Source: an uncultured euryarchaeote
GTDB lineage: Archaea > Thermoplasmatota > Poseidoniia > Poseidoniales > Poseidoniaceae
Reading direction: 5' to 3'
Assembly (NCBI GenBank): GCA_937899865.1
Contig: CALBRH010000054.1
Coordinates: 14,346-78,345 of the forward strand
Length of the DNA stretch: 64,000 nt
The position numbers were made by a program, and so were the translations under genes. Positions within the stretch are counted from its first letter, which is position 1. Every line of letters starts with the position of its first letter. The notes beneath the pieces were generated by a model, which worked only from the letters and a program-made list of their open reading frames with translations, was not told where the DNA came from and did no database searches. Below, piece by piece: positions 48,961-58,654 of this stretch.

Positions 48961-49296
48961 TTAATCAAGATTTGAAAGTCTCTCTCTAACCAACCTAATT
49001 TTACCACTAGTCGTTAAGCTTGAAAGCCCATTTTTCTCGAGTGAATCATCTGCTTCTAAAAGCTCTCTAATTACAAATGAATCTGCTAATTTAACCTGTA
49101 AAATCCCTGTTCCGCATCCATCTGTAAATTGATTTACAGAAAAATCCATGAGTTTTGGACTGCTGCTAAGTTCTAACTTTTGCGATAATTTTTCAATGCT
49201 TGAAATCATTTGACTTTTTGATTTGATTTCTGGCGAAACTAAAACACCAAGCCAACGCCTTTTTCCGCGTAATGCCTTGCTTAGACGTTTGGCCAT
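48961..49296 (-). CDS. rnp2: Ribonuclease P protein component 2 (Pop5/Rpp14)
   Basis: LRGKRRWLGV at the N-terminus, GILQV, and TTSGKIRLVRE at the C-terminus. Confidence 0.8.
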   Translation of the reverse strand: MAKRLSKALRGKRRWLGVLVSPEIKSKSQMISSIEKLSQKLELSSSPKLMDFSVNQFTDGCGTGILQVKLADSFVIRELLEADDSLEKNGLSSLTTSGKIRLVRERLSNLD

Positions 49297-49376
49297 GACA
49301 CGTGTTAATGATAATTTAACTTAATTTCTTTGGATAATATCAAAACATTTTCCTTTCTCGGTCTAATTGTTGCAGT

Positions 49377-50750
49377 ATGGAAAGTGATTCTAAAACGATT
49401 TCTAATTCCAGTGAAGATATTTTGTCACAGTTTGAAGAACAAAATATTTCTATGGTAAGTTTAGTCAAAACACTTCTTTCCACTTCCACAATGCCACACA
49501 TTATCTTAATCACTTTATTATCAACAATATTGTACATAGTTGCAAAAGTGGATTCTCTTACGATTTTCTCTTCAATGGTATTTGCCAGTTTGTCAGTTTC
49601 TTATTGTGTAACTGCCTTACTTTCAAAAAATCCAAAAATCAGTAGTTGGATTACTTTGCCAGATGACGAACAGAAAATTGACTCATCTAAAATGTGGAAT
49701 ACTCTTAGTAAATTTAGAATTTGTTTATTTCCATTGAGTGTTGCCGGACTGATATTTTTGATAATTTCATTTACCACTGGAGAAAATGGCGTAATTAGTG
49801 ATGCCAATAAATCAATTCCATTGATACTCGGAATGCTATTTGTTATTTGGTCAATTGTCCAAGGCACTTCATTCTCAATGTGGGCTTCATCGACGAGTGC
49901 TAAACCATCAAGTAAATCTACAAAATCAAGTAGTATTCGATTCTCTTTGATCGTAATATTATCTACTATCGGTTTGGTAAGCATAATATTAGCCGCTGTA
50001 TTCTATCAATTAGAAAATTTAGAAAATAAACTGGGTGATTCAATTGTTTTAGCCATTCCATTTTGTCTGCTTGCTATCGGTTTAACAATAGGAAGCATTA
50101 GTTATTCATGGAAATTCAAGAAACTAGCTTCGATGAAACCAAATTTGCAAAAATTTAGTTCTAGGTGGACCATTATTTGCCATTTATTCATCACATGGCA
50201 TCTACTTACTATTTGGCGACAGAATTTCTTGACCCCTTCCAATTTACAAGTATTCTTTGAAGAAATTACATTGATGATCTTCACTGTATTCGTAGCTATT
50301 TGGTCGATGACTTCAAAGGGATATAGAAGTAAATTGAAACTAATTACTGAAGAAAATGCCTTGACCTGGGGATTAGGTTTTGGATATGCATATGCGGGAA
50401 GTGTAGCAATGCTTACTACATTTTTCGATGATATAGTCACTGTAATGTCAATTGGACATGGAGTAGTTATAGTTACTGTAATTTTCATTCATCGATTAAT
50501 ATTAAGCAAAATTATTGGTAATGATGATTCTTCGGTGGAAGTAAAAAGAATAATGGATAATTCCAAAAAATCTAATCATGAAGAAGAATCCAATGTAGAG
50601 GACATCTCAAATGAAATACCTAATAACAAACAAAATGATGATGTAAATGACGAGGTGTGGCAAGAGGATACTGATGTTGATTGGGATGCTGAACAAGAAC
50701 AACCTCAAATTGACAATATTGAATGGGATGAAACTATTGATATAGATTAA
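49377..50750 (+). CDS. Hypothetical polytopic membrane protein with acidic C-terminal tail
   Basis: About ten hydrophobic helices and an Asp/Glu/Trp-rich tail. Confidence 0.7.
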   Translation: MESDSKTISNSSEDILSQFEEQNISMVSLVKTLLSTSTMPHIILITLLSTILYIVAKVDSLTIFSSMVFASLSVSYCVTALLSKNPKISSWITLPDDEQKIDSSKMWNTLSKFRICLFPLSVAGLIFLIISFTTGENGVISDANKSIPLILGMLFVIWSIVQGTSFSMWASSTSAKPSSKSTKSSSIRFSLIVILSTIGLVSIILAAVFYQLENLENKLGDSIVLAIPFCLLAIGLTIGSISYSWKFKKLASMKPNLQKFSSRWTIICHLFITWHLLTIWRQNFLTPSNLQVFFEEITLMIFTVFVAIWSMTSKGYRSKLKLITEENALTWGLGFGYAYAGSVAMLTTFFDDIVTVMSIGHGVVIVTVIFIHRLILSKIIGNDDSSVEVKRIMDNSKKSNHEEESNVEDISNEIPNNKQNDDVNDEVWQEDTDVDWDAEQEQPQIDNIEWDETIDID

Positions 50751-51661
50751 TCATCAGTTATTCCAGACAATAGTGTAACTACTCGCATGCTATTATGTAA
50801 GTCTTCACTTACTCTTGCTCCTAGAATGACTTGAGCATTTGAATCAAGGGCTTCTGTAAACAGTCTAGCAACCGAATCAACTTGACTCAAGGTCATACCT
50901 AAACCTCCTTCAATTTGAATCAAACATCCAGTTGCACCGCCGACATCCAATGCTGCTAATGGAGCCATCATAGCAGAGTGAAGTATTTTCTCTGGTTCAT
51001 CTGGGTCACCTAAGCCTACCAATAAAGTTGACTTGCCATCCTGTTCAACAATAGCCCTCAAATCCATTAGATCAAGATTAATTAATCCCATCCTAAGCAA
51101 AGTACGTACTAAACCATCCACCAAATCCTCTACCCACTCAGCACCCATTTGCCAACTCCTACCCTTTTCTCTTGCTTGTCTAGCCAGCCTTTCAAGTGAT
51201 AGATGGACTGTTACATGAGCGAATTTGTCAAGCCTTTCGAAGCCTTCTTCAGCGATTTTGAGTCTGGTAGATTGAATTTCAAAAGGCATTGCTGCGACTG
51301 CAATTACTACTGCGCCTGACAGACGAGCTTGTCTGGCAAATTCATGCGCCGCACCAGTCCCTGTACCGCCACCAAGTCCGGTTAACAAAATTACCAATTC
51401 AACCGGTTCCATCAATTTTCGAACCATCGCAGATACACTTCGCATTCTTTGTTCAGCCAAAGGCGGTAATGCTGCGCATCCCAATTTATCTACAACTGTA
51501 CCCAAGCGAAGAATATGACCTCGATCTACGGATGTAAAACTTTCATCATCGGCATCAATTAGCAAGACATCTGCTTCTGAGTCACATTTAGACCAAGCGC
51601 CTTTAGCCCACGAACAACCTAGGCCGCCAACCCCTGCGATCAGAATCTGTGATGATTCCAT
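50747..51661 (-). CDS. Divergent FtsZ-family GTPase
   Basis: GVGGLG, tubulin signature GLGGGTGTG, PFE, T7 loop GLINLDLMDL, VILGA; no C-terminal tail. Confidence 0.8.
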   Translation of the reverse strand: MESSQILIAGVGGLGCSWAKGAWSKCDSEADVLLIDADDESFTSVDRGHILRLGTVVDKLGCAALPPLAEQRMRSVSAMVRKLMEPVELVILLTGLGGGTGTGAAHEFARQARLSGAVVIAVAAMPFEIQSTRLKIAEEGFERLDKFAHVTVHLSLERLARQAREKGRSWQMGAEWVEDLVDGLVRTLLRMGLINLDLMDLRAIVEQDGKSTLLVGLGDPDEPEKILHSAMMAPLAALDVGGATGCLIQIEGGLGMTLSQVDSVARLFTEALDSNAQVILGARVSEDLHNSMRVVTLLSGITDD

Positions 51662-51701
51662 TGTTTGCTGGTGTTATTGATGCTCAATGAACTTTCTCTA
51701 A

Positions 51702-51998
51702 TCATTCAATGTACCTTAGATACCTTCTCCTAGAATCTCTTGCCCATGCATTATCCGGTTCAATTTCCAAAACTCGATTATAATATTCAATCGCAGTTTC
51801 AAACTCTGACAAGTACCGCCCATATAGGTGGCCAAGGTTAGACAAAACAGGGATGCAGTCTTCATCATCTTCTAGCATTTTGAGTAACAATTTTTCTGCA
51901 TTACCAAGGTCATTTTTCAACATCATTTCCTCGGCTTTTTCTAAATCAACAAGTTGTGATTCCGACAAATCATAAGTGTTGTCAAAAGGTGTTGGCAT
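51702..51998 (-). CDS. Small TPR protein
   Basis: LSNLGHLYG...AIEYYNRVLEIEPDN TPR consensus; start uncertain (51998 or 52016). Confidence 0.75.
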   Translation of the reverse strand: MPTPFDNTYDLSESQLVDLEKAEEMMLKNDLGNAEKLLLKMLEDDEDCIPVLSNLGHLYGRYLSEFETAIEYYNRVLEIEPDNAWARDSRRRYLRYIE

Positions 51999-52177
51999 TG
52001 CTCTCAAATCATGCAAAAACTCCCCGTTATTGAACTATCCCTATAATCATGGATTTTAAGGCATATTTAGAAGTTTTTACATTCGGCCAAAAACGAGGTA
52101 CTGCGAATAAATTTGACCATAGATTTTGGTAATGTTTAAAGGGTTCATGCCGGTGGGAGAAAATACTGGGTGTGTCA

Positions 52178-52996
52178 ATGTTGCGCAAGCCGAACACAAA
52201 ACGCCTTGCGCTAGGCACAATGTTGTTGGTTTTGTTGACACTTCCCGGTATTGCATCATCTTATCATGGCGGCATCGGTGGAGAACAATCCAACGCTGGA
52301 GAAACCATTGATGATGTAGCTAAAGAAGGATGCCTATGCCATAATGCTGTAGCAGATAACACAGTACAAATCATTCTAGATGATGTACCCTATGCTTGGG
52401 AATCCGGTCAAACTTACGAAATGAAGCTGCAAATTATTGGCGGCCCAGATGCTGCCAGCCCATGGACTGCAGGATTCTCAATGAGAGTTTCTGATGGCGT
52501 ATTGTCTGGAGATAATTTACAAAATTGGGAAGATGACCCTACAACTCTCACTCAAACAGAAGCTGCCGCTGGCCAAGATGATAGAATGTGGATTTTATCA
52601 TGGACTGCCCCGGCTGCTGAAACTGGTGTTGTTGATTTTTGGATCACTGGCAATTCAGTTAATGGCGACCAAGGACCAGGCCCAGAAGATAAATGGAACC
52701 AACTAATCTTCGCTCTTCAAGAGGGTGATGAAAAAACTACTGCTATGGGTTCACGAACACTTTTTGCTGGAGATGGTAATGTCAGCCCACCGGAGCCAAA
52801 AGAAACCGGTGTTGATCTAAAACACATGGGTGCTGAATTTAGAGCACACGTACTTGGTTTGTTAGGATTTGGAGCAGTTTTAGCCGTAGTCCTATTCGCT
52901 GGCTTAATGCTCAGATACAGTTTTTCATCATCATACAAAGGTAGAAGTAATCAACTGAGATTGCGTTACAAAATTAGACGAAGAGGTGACCAATAA
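52178..52996 (+). CDS. Secreted Reeler / choice-of-anchor-V-like protein with CxCH motif and TM anchor
   Basis: Signal peptide, GCLCH, W..SWTAP..G.V.FW..GNSVNGD motif, C-terminal TM helix and basic tail. Confidence 0.7.
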   Translation: MLRKPNTKRLALGTMLLVLLTLPGIASSYHGGIGGEQSNAGETIDDVAKEGCLCHNAVADNTVQIILDDVPYAWESGQTYEMKLQIIGGPDAASPWTAGFSMRVSDGVLSGDNLQNWEDDPTTLTQTEAAAGQDDRMWILSWTAPAAETGVVDFWITGNSVNGDQGPGPEDKWNQLIFALQEGDEKTTAMGSRTLFAGDGNVSPPEPKETGVDLKHMGAEFRAHVLGLLGFGAVLAVVLFAGLMLRYSFSSSYKGRSNQLRLRYKIRRRGDQ

Positions 52997-53439
52997 TGGA
53001 TGACACAATTACCAAACTGTTGCGTGGAGTAGCAAAAGGAGACATTAGTGTCGAAGATGCTAGAAAGTCTCTCGAAGATGCATCACTGACTGAAGAACAG
53101 ATGGACATGGCCATAGACAAAGGGGTGTTCAATAAAGCTGAATTAGGTTCAATTGTTAGTGCAAAATTAGCACCTTCTGGAGCATCTTATCTAACAATGT
53201 TCTTCTTTGTCTGGGGAATATTTTGGTCGTGTTATTGGGTTTTCTCTTTGATTTATGGCCTAGCCAATGGCTGGGACCAGAGACAACTTGCATTCCATTT
53301 GGCAATAGCAACTACGACATTGATTCTTATGGGACTTGTGTATCTTAAATTCATCCTACCTGATACAATCATAGTTAAGCATGCAATGAACAAATATATT
53401 CCAGAACATCAAAAAGACTGGAAAGAATACAAGGTGTGA
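52996..53439 (+). CDS. Hypothetical membrane protein in the Rieske/cytochrome b operon
   Basis: N-terminal LLRGVAKGDISVEDA helical motif and two TM helices; overlaps both neighbours. Confidence 0.7.
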   Translation: MDDTITKLLRGVAKGDISVEDARKSLEDASLTEEQMDMAIDKGVFNKAELGSIVSAKLAPSGASYLTMFFFVWGIFWSCYWVFSLIYGLANGWDQRQLAFHLAIATTTLILMGLVYLKFILPDTIIVKHAMNKYIPEHQKDWKEYKV

Positions 53440-54296
53440 TTTATTTGGCTAGAGAATATGATTTGAAACCTGCACCTTCGCTCAATGATGCTGATTCAGC
53501 ATTTGGCACTAACAAAATTATCAATCGTCGACAGTTCCTAAAGTACGGATTCAACACTGCAACCGGTGTACTTGCCGCATCCTTAGGAGTTCTAGGATTC
53601 TCTGCAATCTTGCTGCCACCAGGTGCTGATTCAGGTGGCAGTAACAATGGAGTTATTTACTGGGCTAAAGGAAGAGAAGATGAAGCATGGTACGGTGCCA
53701 AGCATGAATTGCCAATGACTAGACAAGACTTTGTTGATGAAGCTGCAAAATCATCTACTGGAACTGCAGGTGCTGCTGGAATTTGGAATGGTGTCCCTGT
53801 AATCGTTGTTTATGTTGACCACGAGAAAAACAAAGATACTCCTGTGACAAATGGTAAAGCAAGATTCCAAATGATGGAAGGATATGATGAAACAGGGAAA
53901 CGTATTGGGCACTTTGAGGATATGTCTGACTTAGACCCTAGAATATTCCCCTCTGACAATCTAGTAATTATCTATGGACGTTGTACCCATCTTTGCTGTA
54001 TCCCGGGTTGGCAACTGGTTTCGAATTCCTTTACTGATGACTCTTGGACTCCTAACGGTACTGATGATGGAGGAACCAAATTGTTCTGTATCTGTCACTC
54101 TTCAAGATTTGATCCAACCGCTTTGGAAATGAATACAAACAGAAACCGTTCTAACGGTGCTACATTCAATTATGCTGGAATAAAGGTTGCAGGTGGCCCT
54201 GCTCCAGTAGGTTTGCCAATTATTCCAGTACAAATGAATGGCGACAACATAGAGGGAATCACAGATTACCTCGACTGGTACACATATTGTGATTGA
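53436..54296 (+). CDS. Rieske [2Fe-2S] protein
   Basis: Tat signal NRRQFLK plus TM helix; boxes CTHLCC and CICHSS; GGPAP. Confidence 0.93.
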   Translation: MIYLAREYDLKPAPSLNDADSAFGTNKIINRRQFLKYGFNTATGVLAASLGVLGFSAILLPPGADSGGSNNGVIYWAKGREDEAWYGAKHELPMTRQDFVDEAAKSSTGTAGAAGIWNGVPVIVVYVDHEKNKDTPVTNGKARFQMMEGYDETGKRIGHFEDMSDLDPRIFPSDNLVIIYGRCTHLCCIPGWQLVSNSFTDDSWTPNGTDDGGTKLFCICHSSRFDPTALEMNTNRNRSNGATFNYAGIKVAGGPAPVGLPIIPVQMNGDNIEGITDYLDWYTYCD

Positions 54297-54305
54297 GGTG
54301 AAAAA

Positions 54306-55172
54306 ATGACTACAATGTTCTGGATTCTTTGGTTCTTTATCGCTTTCATCATAGTCTTAGTTGCCTTTACATTGCGTAAGGAAAATGAAGAGATGCCACG
54401 TAGAGAGATTTTGCGTGCTGTTGAATCAACTGGCAAAATGGGCTTTGCAGAACGTTCATTTTTGTGGGTGTTTTCTTGGTTGGATACTAGATTTAGAATC
54501 CAGGATTACTGGAACATGTCAAAAGGTGCATACTACAATATGCACAGGCAAATGCCACTTACTCACGCTGAAAAATATAAACTAAGAATAATTTGGTATT
54601 GGTATCCTCTTTACTGCCTTGGTGGTATATCATTCCTATCATTCATCATCTTGGTTATTACTGGAACCGTACTAGGAATCTATTATGTCCCAGGAGGAGA
54701 AGGTATTCCTTCGCCAGCATATTTGAGTATGCAATATATCATGACAGAATTGCCATTTGGATATATCATTAGAGCTGTTCACCATTGGGGAACTCACTTC
54801 ATGGTAGCAAGTGTATTCTTACACATGTGTAGAGTTTACTTTACCGGTGCTTACAGAAACCCTAGAGAATTAAATTGGTTGATTGGAGTTGCGCTAATGG
54901 CACTTACAATTGTGTTTGGTTATTCTGGATATCTTCTACCATGGGATTCTTTGGCATATGGTGCTGCTGTTATTGGAATCAACCTAGCAAACTCAAGTCC
55001 ATTAGTAGGTAAGCAAATTGCTACACTATTGTTTGGTGGTTCTGCTCTTACTCCACGTACAGTAACGAGAATGTATTTCATTCATGTATTCATATTGCCT
55101 GTAATTGTGACTGGTTTGATTATTGTTCATTTGTTTATTGTTTGGGTACAGGGAATTGCGGAGCCGCATTGA
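54306..55172 (+). CDS. Cytochrome b, N-terminal (b6-like) subunit
   Basis: LGGISF, IRAVHHWG, FLHMCRVYFTGAYRNPRELNW, GYLLPWD, YFIHV...VHL (four heme His ligands). Confidence 0.93.
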   Translation: MTTMFWILWFFIAFIIVLVAFTLRKENEEMPRREILRAVESTGKMGFAERSFLWVFSWLDTRFRIQDYWNMSKGAYYNMHRQMPLTHAEKYKLRIIWYWYPLYCLGGISFLSFIILVITGTVLGIYYVPGGEGIPSPAYLSMQYIMTELPFGYIIRAVHHWGTHFMVASVFLHMCRVYFTGAYRNPRELNWLIGVALMALTIVFGYSGYLLPWDSLAYGAAVIGINLANSSPLVGKQIATLLFGGSALTPRTVTRMYFIHVFILPVIVTGLIIVHLFIVWVQGIAEPH

Positions 55173-55188
55173 TATTTGGGTGAATTAA

Positions 55189-58002
55189 ATGGGACTAGTA
55201 GAAAATCTTGGTAGAGTTGCTTCATCCTACATGGATGAAAAAGAAAAACTCCAAACTACTGCTGAAAAGCGAAAGCGAACTAGAATGGGTCATGGTTTTT
55301 GGCCGCATGAGGTTCTTAGAGATGTTTTGATTTTCGCATTTATGGGTGCTGTACTGTTGTATTACGCATGGATTATTCCACCACCACTTCATGGTGCTGC
55401 TGACCCATATGCACAAGCTGGTTTCGTTTTCCCTGATTGGTATGTGTTGTTCTCATACGGTTATCTAAGATGGGGTGAATATCTACCTCAATTTACCGTA
55501 CCTACCGGATTTATTGGAGAGATTTTCGGCCAACCAGTATTCCCATGGAATGCTGCATGGTGGGGTGCTGCTCTAACTGGAATCCCAGTAGGAATTTTGG
55601 TACTTCCTCCTTTCTTAGGCGGAAGAGAAAAGCGACCTGTTGAAGACCCATGGTTTGCCGCTGCTGGTGCAGTTTATTTGGCTCACATTTGGTTTATCTC
55701 TGTATTTTCAATCAACATTTTCTTGGAATTATATCATAAGAATAGATCCGACTATTGTAAACTAGATAGTCATGGAGACTTACTTTGTGGTGTAAGAGAA
55801 CCCTGGTTAGCGGAAGCTTTCAATGCCTTACCCTGGCTAATGACGGGAGTTCTTCTATGGATTTGTATTTACTTTGGCGCCCGGATGATTTTTACTAAAG
55901 CATGGGGTTCTGCATTCACTCCGGGTCATGCAAAGCAAATTTTAGTAGGTGCACTAATTCTTTCCGCTGCTGCTACTGTAGCAACATGGGATGTTTATGA
56001 CAAAGGATTTTGGGGGGCAAAAGGTCTTGGAACTATTTCGGATTATGGTGAGTTAGAAGAAATGAGGACTCAGCCAGTTGATGTTCATGTACATGAAACA
56101 AATGAATTCACTGACCAATTTGGTTGGTCTGATGATGGCATTGTTCCAACTTCTGCCTGGATTGATTGGGTAATTTATCAGCCAGGACATCAAGTGATTA
56201 TTGATTTCGCTGATGCTAATGGCCATCAAGATCCGGCCAATGGAATTAATGCTGTTCAAGACTCTACTGTTCTAACAGATGCTGATTCTTGGTCTTCCAT
56301 GGGCACTTTTACAATTACTGAAGATCCTGTTTTATTCCCCGATGGACATCACGAATCTGTTGATAAAATTGTAACTGACATAGTTTGTGAGCATCGAGCT
56401 GAAGAAAGAAAAATCAACGATGTGAAGACTGAAACAATGATTAGTAGCACAATGGTTGTTTACGATTCGAATGATAAGATTGTATCCGAGTTTACTAACT
56501 GTGCAGGAGATTCATTAGAACTATCAGTAGGTACTTACACTTATCAAATGGATGTAGCAATAACTGGTCCATTAGCACTTAATGACACAATGATGAAAGA
56601 AATAAGTCTTGAGATTAATGCCTTCCAGCCACTACTATTGTGGTCAAGTTCCGCACCTGCATCACTTGAAGGAAAGTCCGTCAATCTAAGCAATAGTGCA
56701 GAAATGGCTCTTGGAGGAACAAGTTTTGGCCAACTTGACAATCCTAGTTACCATATGAATCCTAAGAGCTTAGATGCTAAATTGATTTATGCCATGTTTA
56801 TTCCTTGTCTAACCTTTGGTGCAATGGTATTCATTCTCTTAAGGTCAATGGCAAGGGGCTATGAATTTGAAATGAACAAATGTTACGGTTGTGACCTTTG
56901 TGATGATGCTTGTCCTGTTCGTCTATTCAACGGTGGAGACAAATTGAATATTATTTACAACTCATGGAATAATGAAGATGACGGTGTTCCTATGTATTCC
57001 TGTCTAACTTGTACTGCATGTACTAATGCATGTCCACAATTAGTTGATTATGACTCATATGTTGACATTCGAAGAGGTTTGATAGTTGGAGGGCCTCAGG
57101 CTGAAATTCCTCACACTGTACTTCAAGCAGTCCTTGCTGCAGAAGCAGAAGAAGATGCTAACAGTGATTTCATTCCTGTCGAGGATTATCCAATCGAATC
57201 TAATGTAGGATACTACCCTGGATGTGTTGACTACTTAGACCAAGAAATGGTTTTCTCTCATGTTAATGAAGGCGAGATGAACCTAGGAGATGCAACAACT
57301 TCAGCATTCACTCTCTTCGAGGCGATAGACTTAGACGTTTCTTACTTGGGAAGAGATTTCCTAAAGTGTTGTGGCCATGACCAAAAGTGGCAAGGACTCA
57401 CTGAAGTATTTGAAAAGTTGAAAGCTTACAACCAAAAGAAAATTCAGCAATCTGGAATTGATACCTTGGTATCCTCCTGTGCAGAGTGTTTCAGAACTTT
57501 TGCTAGAGATTATGAACTCGAAGATATCAAAGTCATGCATACTACTGAATTCTTGATCGAACAAGGATTTGATATGAATCTAAAGGCAGAGGAAGAGACT
57601 ACTGTAACTTACCATGACCCTTGTAGACTAGGTAGGCAGATGGGCGTTTACGAAGAACCACGTGAACTGATAGAATCTGTTGAAGGTGTAAGTATTGTAG
57701 AGATGGAACACAGTGGCGAAGATGCAATGTGCTGTGGAGTATCAAGTATGATGTCATGTAATGAGAATGCAAGAGCTCTACGTGTTGCAAGGATGGAAGA
57801 AATCAAATCAACTGGCGCAGATACAATGCTAACGGCTTGCCCTAAGTGTGTTACACACTTTGAATGTTTGAAATTTGAAGGTGATGAAAGATATGCTGAC
57901 ATTAAGATTCTTGATGTAGTTTCTTTCCTTGCTCAACAAATTAACGAAAAGAAGGAAAATATTGGACAAACATCTGTTCCAGTAATAGAAACTGAAGCCT
58001 GA
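55189..58002 (+). CDS. Cytochrome b subunit IV fused to an extracellular domain and an HdrD/GlpC-like 2x[4Fe-4S] + 2xCCG module
   Basis: FWPH, ADP...PDWY (PEWY-like); CYGCDLCDDACP and CLTCTACTNACP; YPGC...CCG...CAEC; YHDPC...CCG...CPKC. Confidence 0.88.
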   Translation: MGLVENLGRVASSYMDEKEKLQTTAEKRKRTRMGHGFWPHEVLRDVLIFAFMGAVLLYYAWIIPPPLHGAADPYAQAGFVFPDWYVLFSYGYLRWGEYLPQFTVPTGFIGEIFGQPVFPWNAAWWGAALTGIPVGILVLPPFLGGREKRPVEDPWFAAAGAVYLAHIWFISVFSINIFLELYHKNRSDYCKLDSHGDLLCGVREPWLAEAFNALPWLMTGVLLWICIYFGARMIFTKAWGSAFTPGHAKQILVGALILSAAATVATWDVYDKGFWGAKGLGTISDYGELEEMRTQPVDVHVHETNEFTDQFGWSDDGIVPTSAWIDWVIYQPGHQVIIDFADANGHQDPANGINAVQDSTVLTDADSWSSMGTFTITEDPVLFPDGHHESVDKIVTDIVCEHRAEERKINDVKTETMISSTMVVYDSNDKIVSEFTNCAGDSLELSVGTYTYQMDVAITGPLALNDTMMKEISLEINAFQPLLLWSSSAPASLEGKSVNLSNSAEMALGGTSFGQLDNPSYHMNPKSLDAKLIYAMFIPCLTFGAMVFILLRSMARGYEFEMNKCYGCDLCDDACPVRLFNGGDKLNIIYNSWNNEDDGVPMYSCLTCTACTNACPQLVDYDSYVDIRRGLIVGGPQAEIPHTVLQAVLAAEAEEDANSDFIPVEDYPIESNVGYYPGCVDYLDQEMVFSHVNEGEMNLGDATTSAFTLFEAIDLDVSYLGRDFLKCCGHDQKWQGLTEVFEKLKAYNQKKIQQSGIDTLVSSCAECFRTFARDYELEDIKVMHTTEFLIEQGFDMNLKAEEETTVTYHDPCRLGRQMGVYEEPRELIESVEGVSIVEMEHSGEDAMCCGVSSMMSCNENARALRVARMEEIKSTGADTMLTACPKCVTHFECLKFEGDERYADIKILDVVSFLAQQINEKKENIGQTSVPVIETEA

Positions 58003-58317
58003 TTACTTAGACTTCTTTTTTGGTTTTTTCTTTGGCTTTTCTTCGGGATTACCACTCATACCAAGAATCTCATAGTTAGAAGGGAATAGTGCTATGATAA
58101 CACCACCTAGCAATGCCATCAATCCCCAGAAAAACATCTGTCTAACAAATAGCATCTCCAAAGCTATGACACAAAGAAGCAATCCACCAATATTTGAAGT
58201 CCAAACTAATGTTTTGAATGTGGAAAGAGAAACTCCTGTTGTCCCTGGTTTTCGGTAAGGGCCAAACTCACCGCCAAAGCGTTGTGCATCGTTTTTGGCT
58301 TTGCCCTTGCTACTCAT
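58003..58317 (-). CDS. Hypothetical small membrane protein
   Basis: Two TM helices and a Lys-rich tail; last gene of a tightly packed minus-strand run. Confidence 0.65.
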   Translation of the reverse strand: MSSKGKAKNDAQRFGGEFGPYRKPGTTGVSLSTFKTLVWTSNIGGLLLCVIALEMLFVRQMFFWGLMALLGGVIIALFPSNYEILGMSGNPEEKPKKKPKKKSK

Positions 58318-58321
58318 TTAA

Positions 58322-58654
58322 TCACCTATCAATCATTGAAATAGCATCTGTAGGACAAGCAAGAACACATAGCCTACATCCTGTACAAGCATCTCTGATA
58401 ATTTTTGCTTTACGATTAGATTCTACATTCATCAATGGACTTAGCATAGGAACCTTGTAGAGTTCAATCGCATTATCATCGCAAACAATGTCACATTGAT
58501 CACAACCGATACATAATCGCTCTTGAACAAAAGCAACAGTATTCTCGCCTCCTTTCAATGATGAATGTTGAACACTACGCTGACGATTTAACGAAGTTCT
58601 AATACGCAAGGCTTCTTTTTCCCTGCGCTTTTTCAAGTCCTCATTTGATGTCAT
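58322..58654 (-). CDS. 2x[4Fe-4S] ferredoxin-like protein
   Basis: CIGCDQCDIVC and CTGCRLCVLACP. Confidence 0.85.
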   Translation of the reverse strand: MTSNEDLKKRREKEALRIRTSLNRQRSVQHSSLKGGENTVAFVQERLCIGCDQCDIVCDDNAIELYKVPMLSPLMNVESNRKAKIIRDACTGCRLCVLACPTDAISMIDR

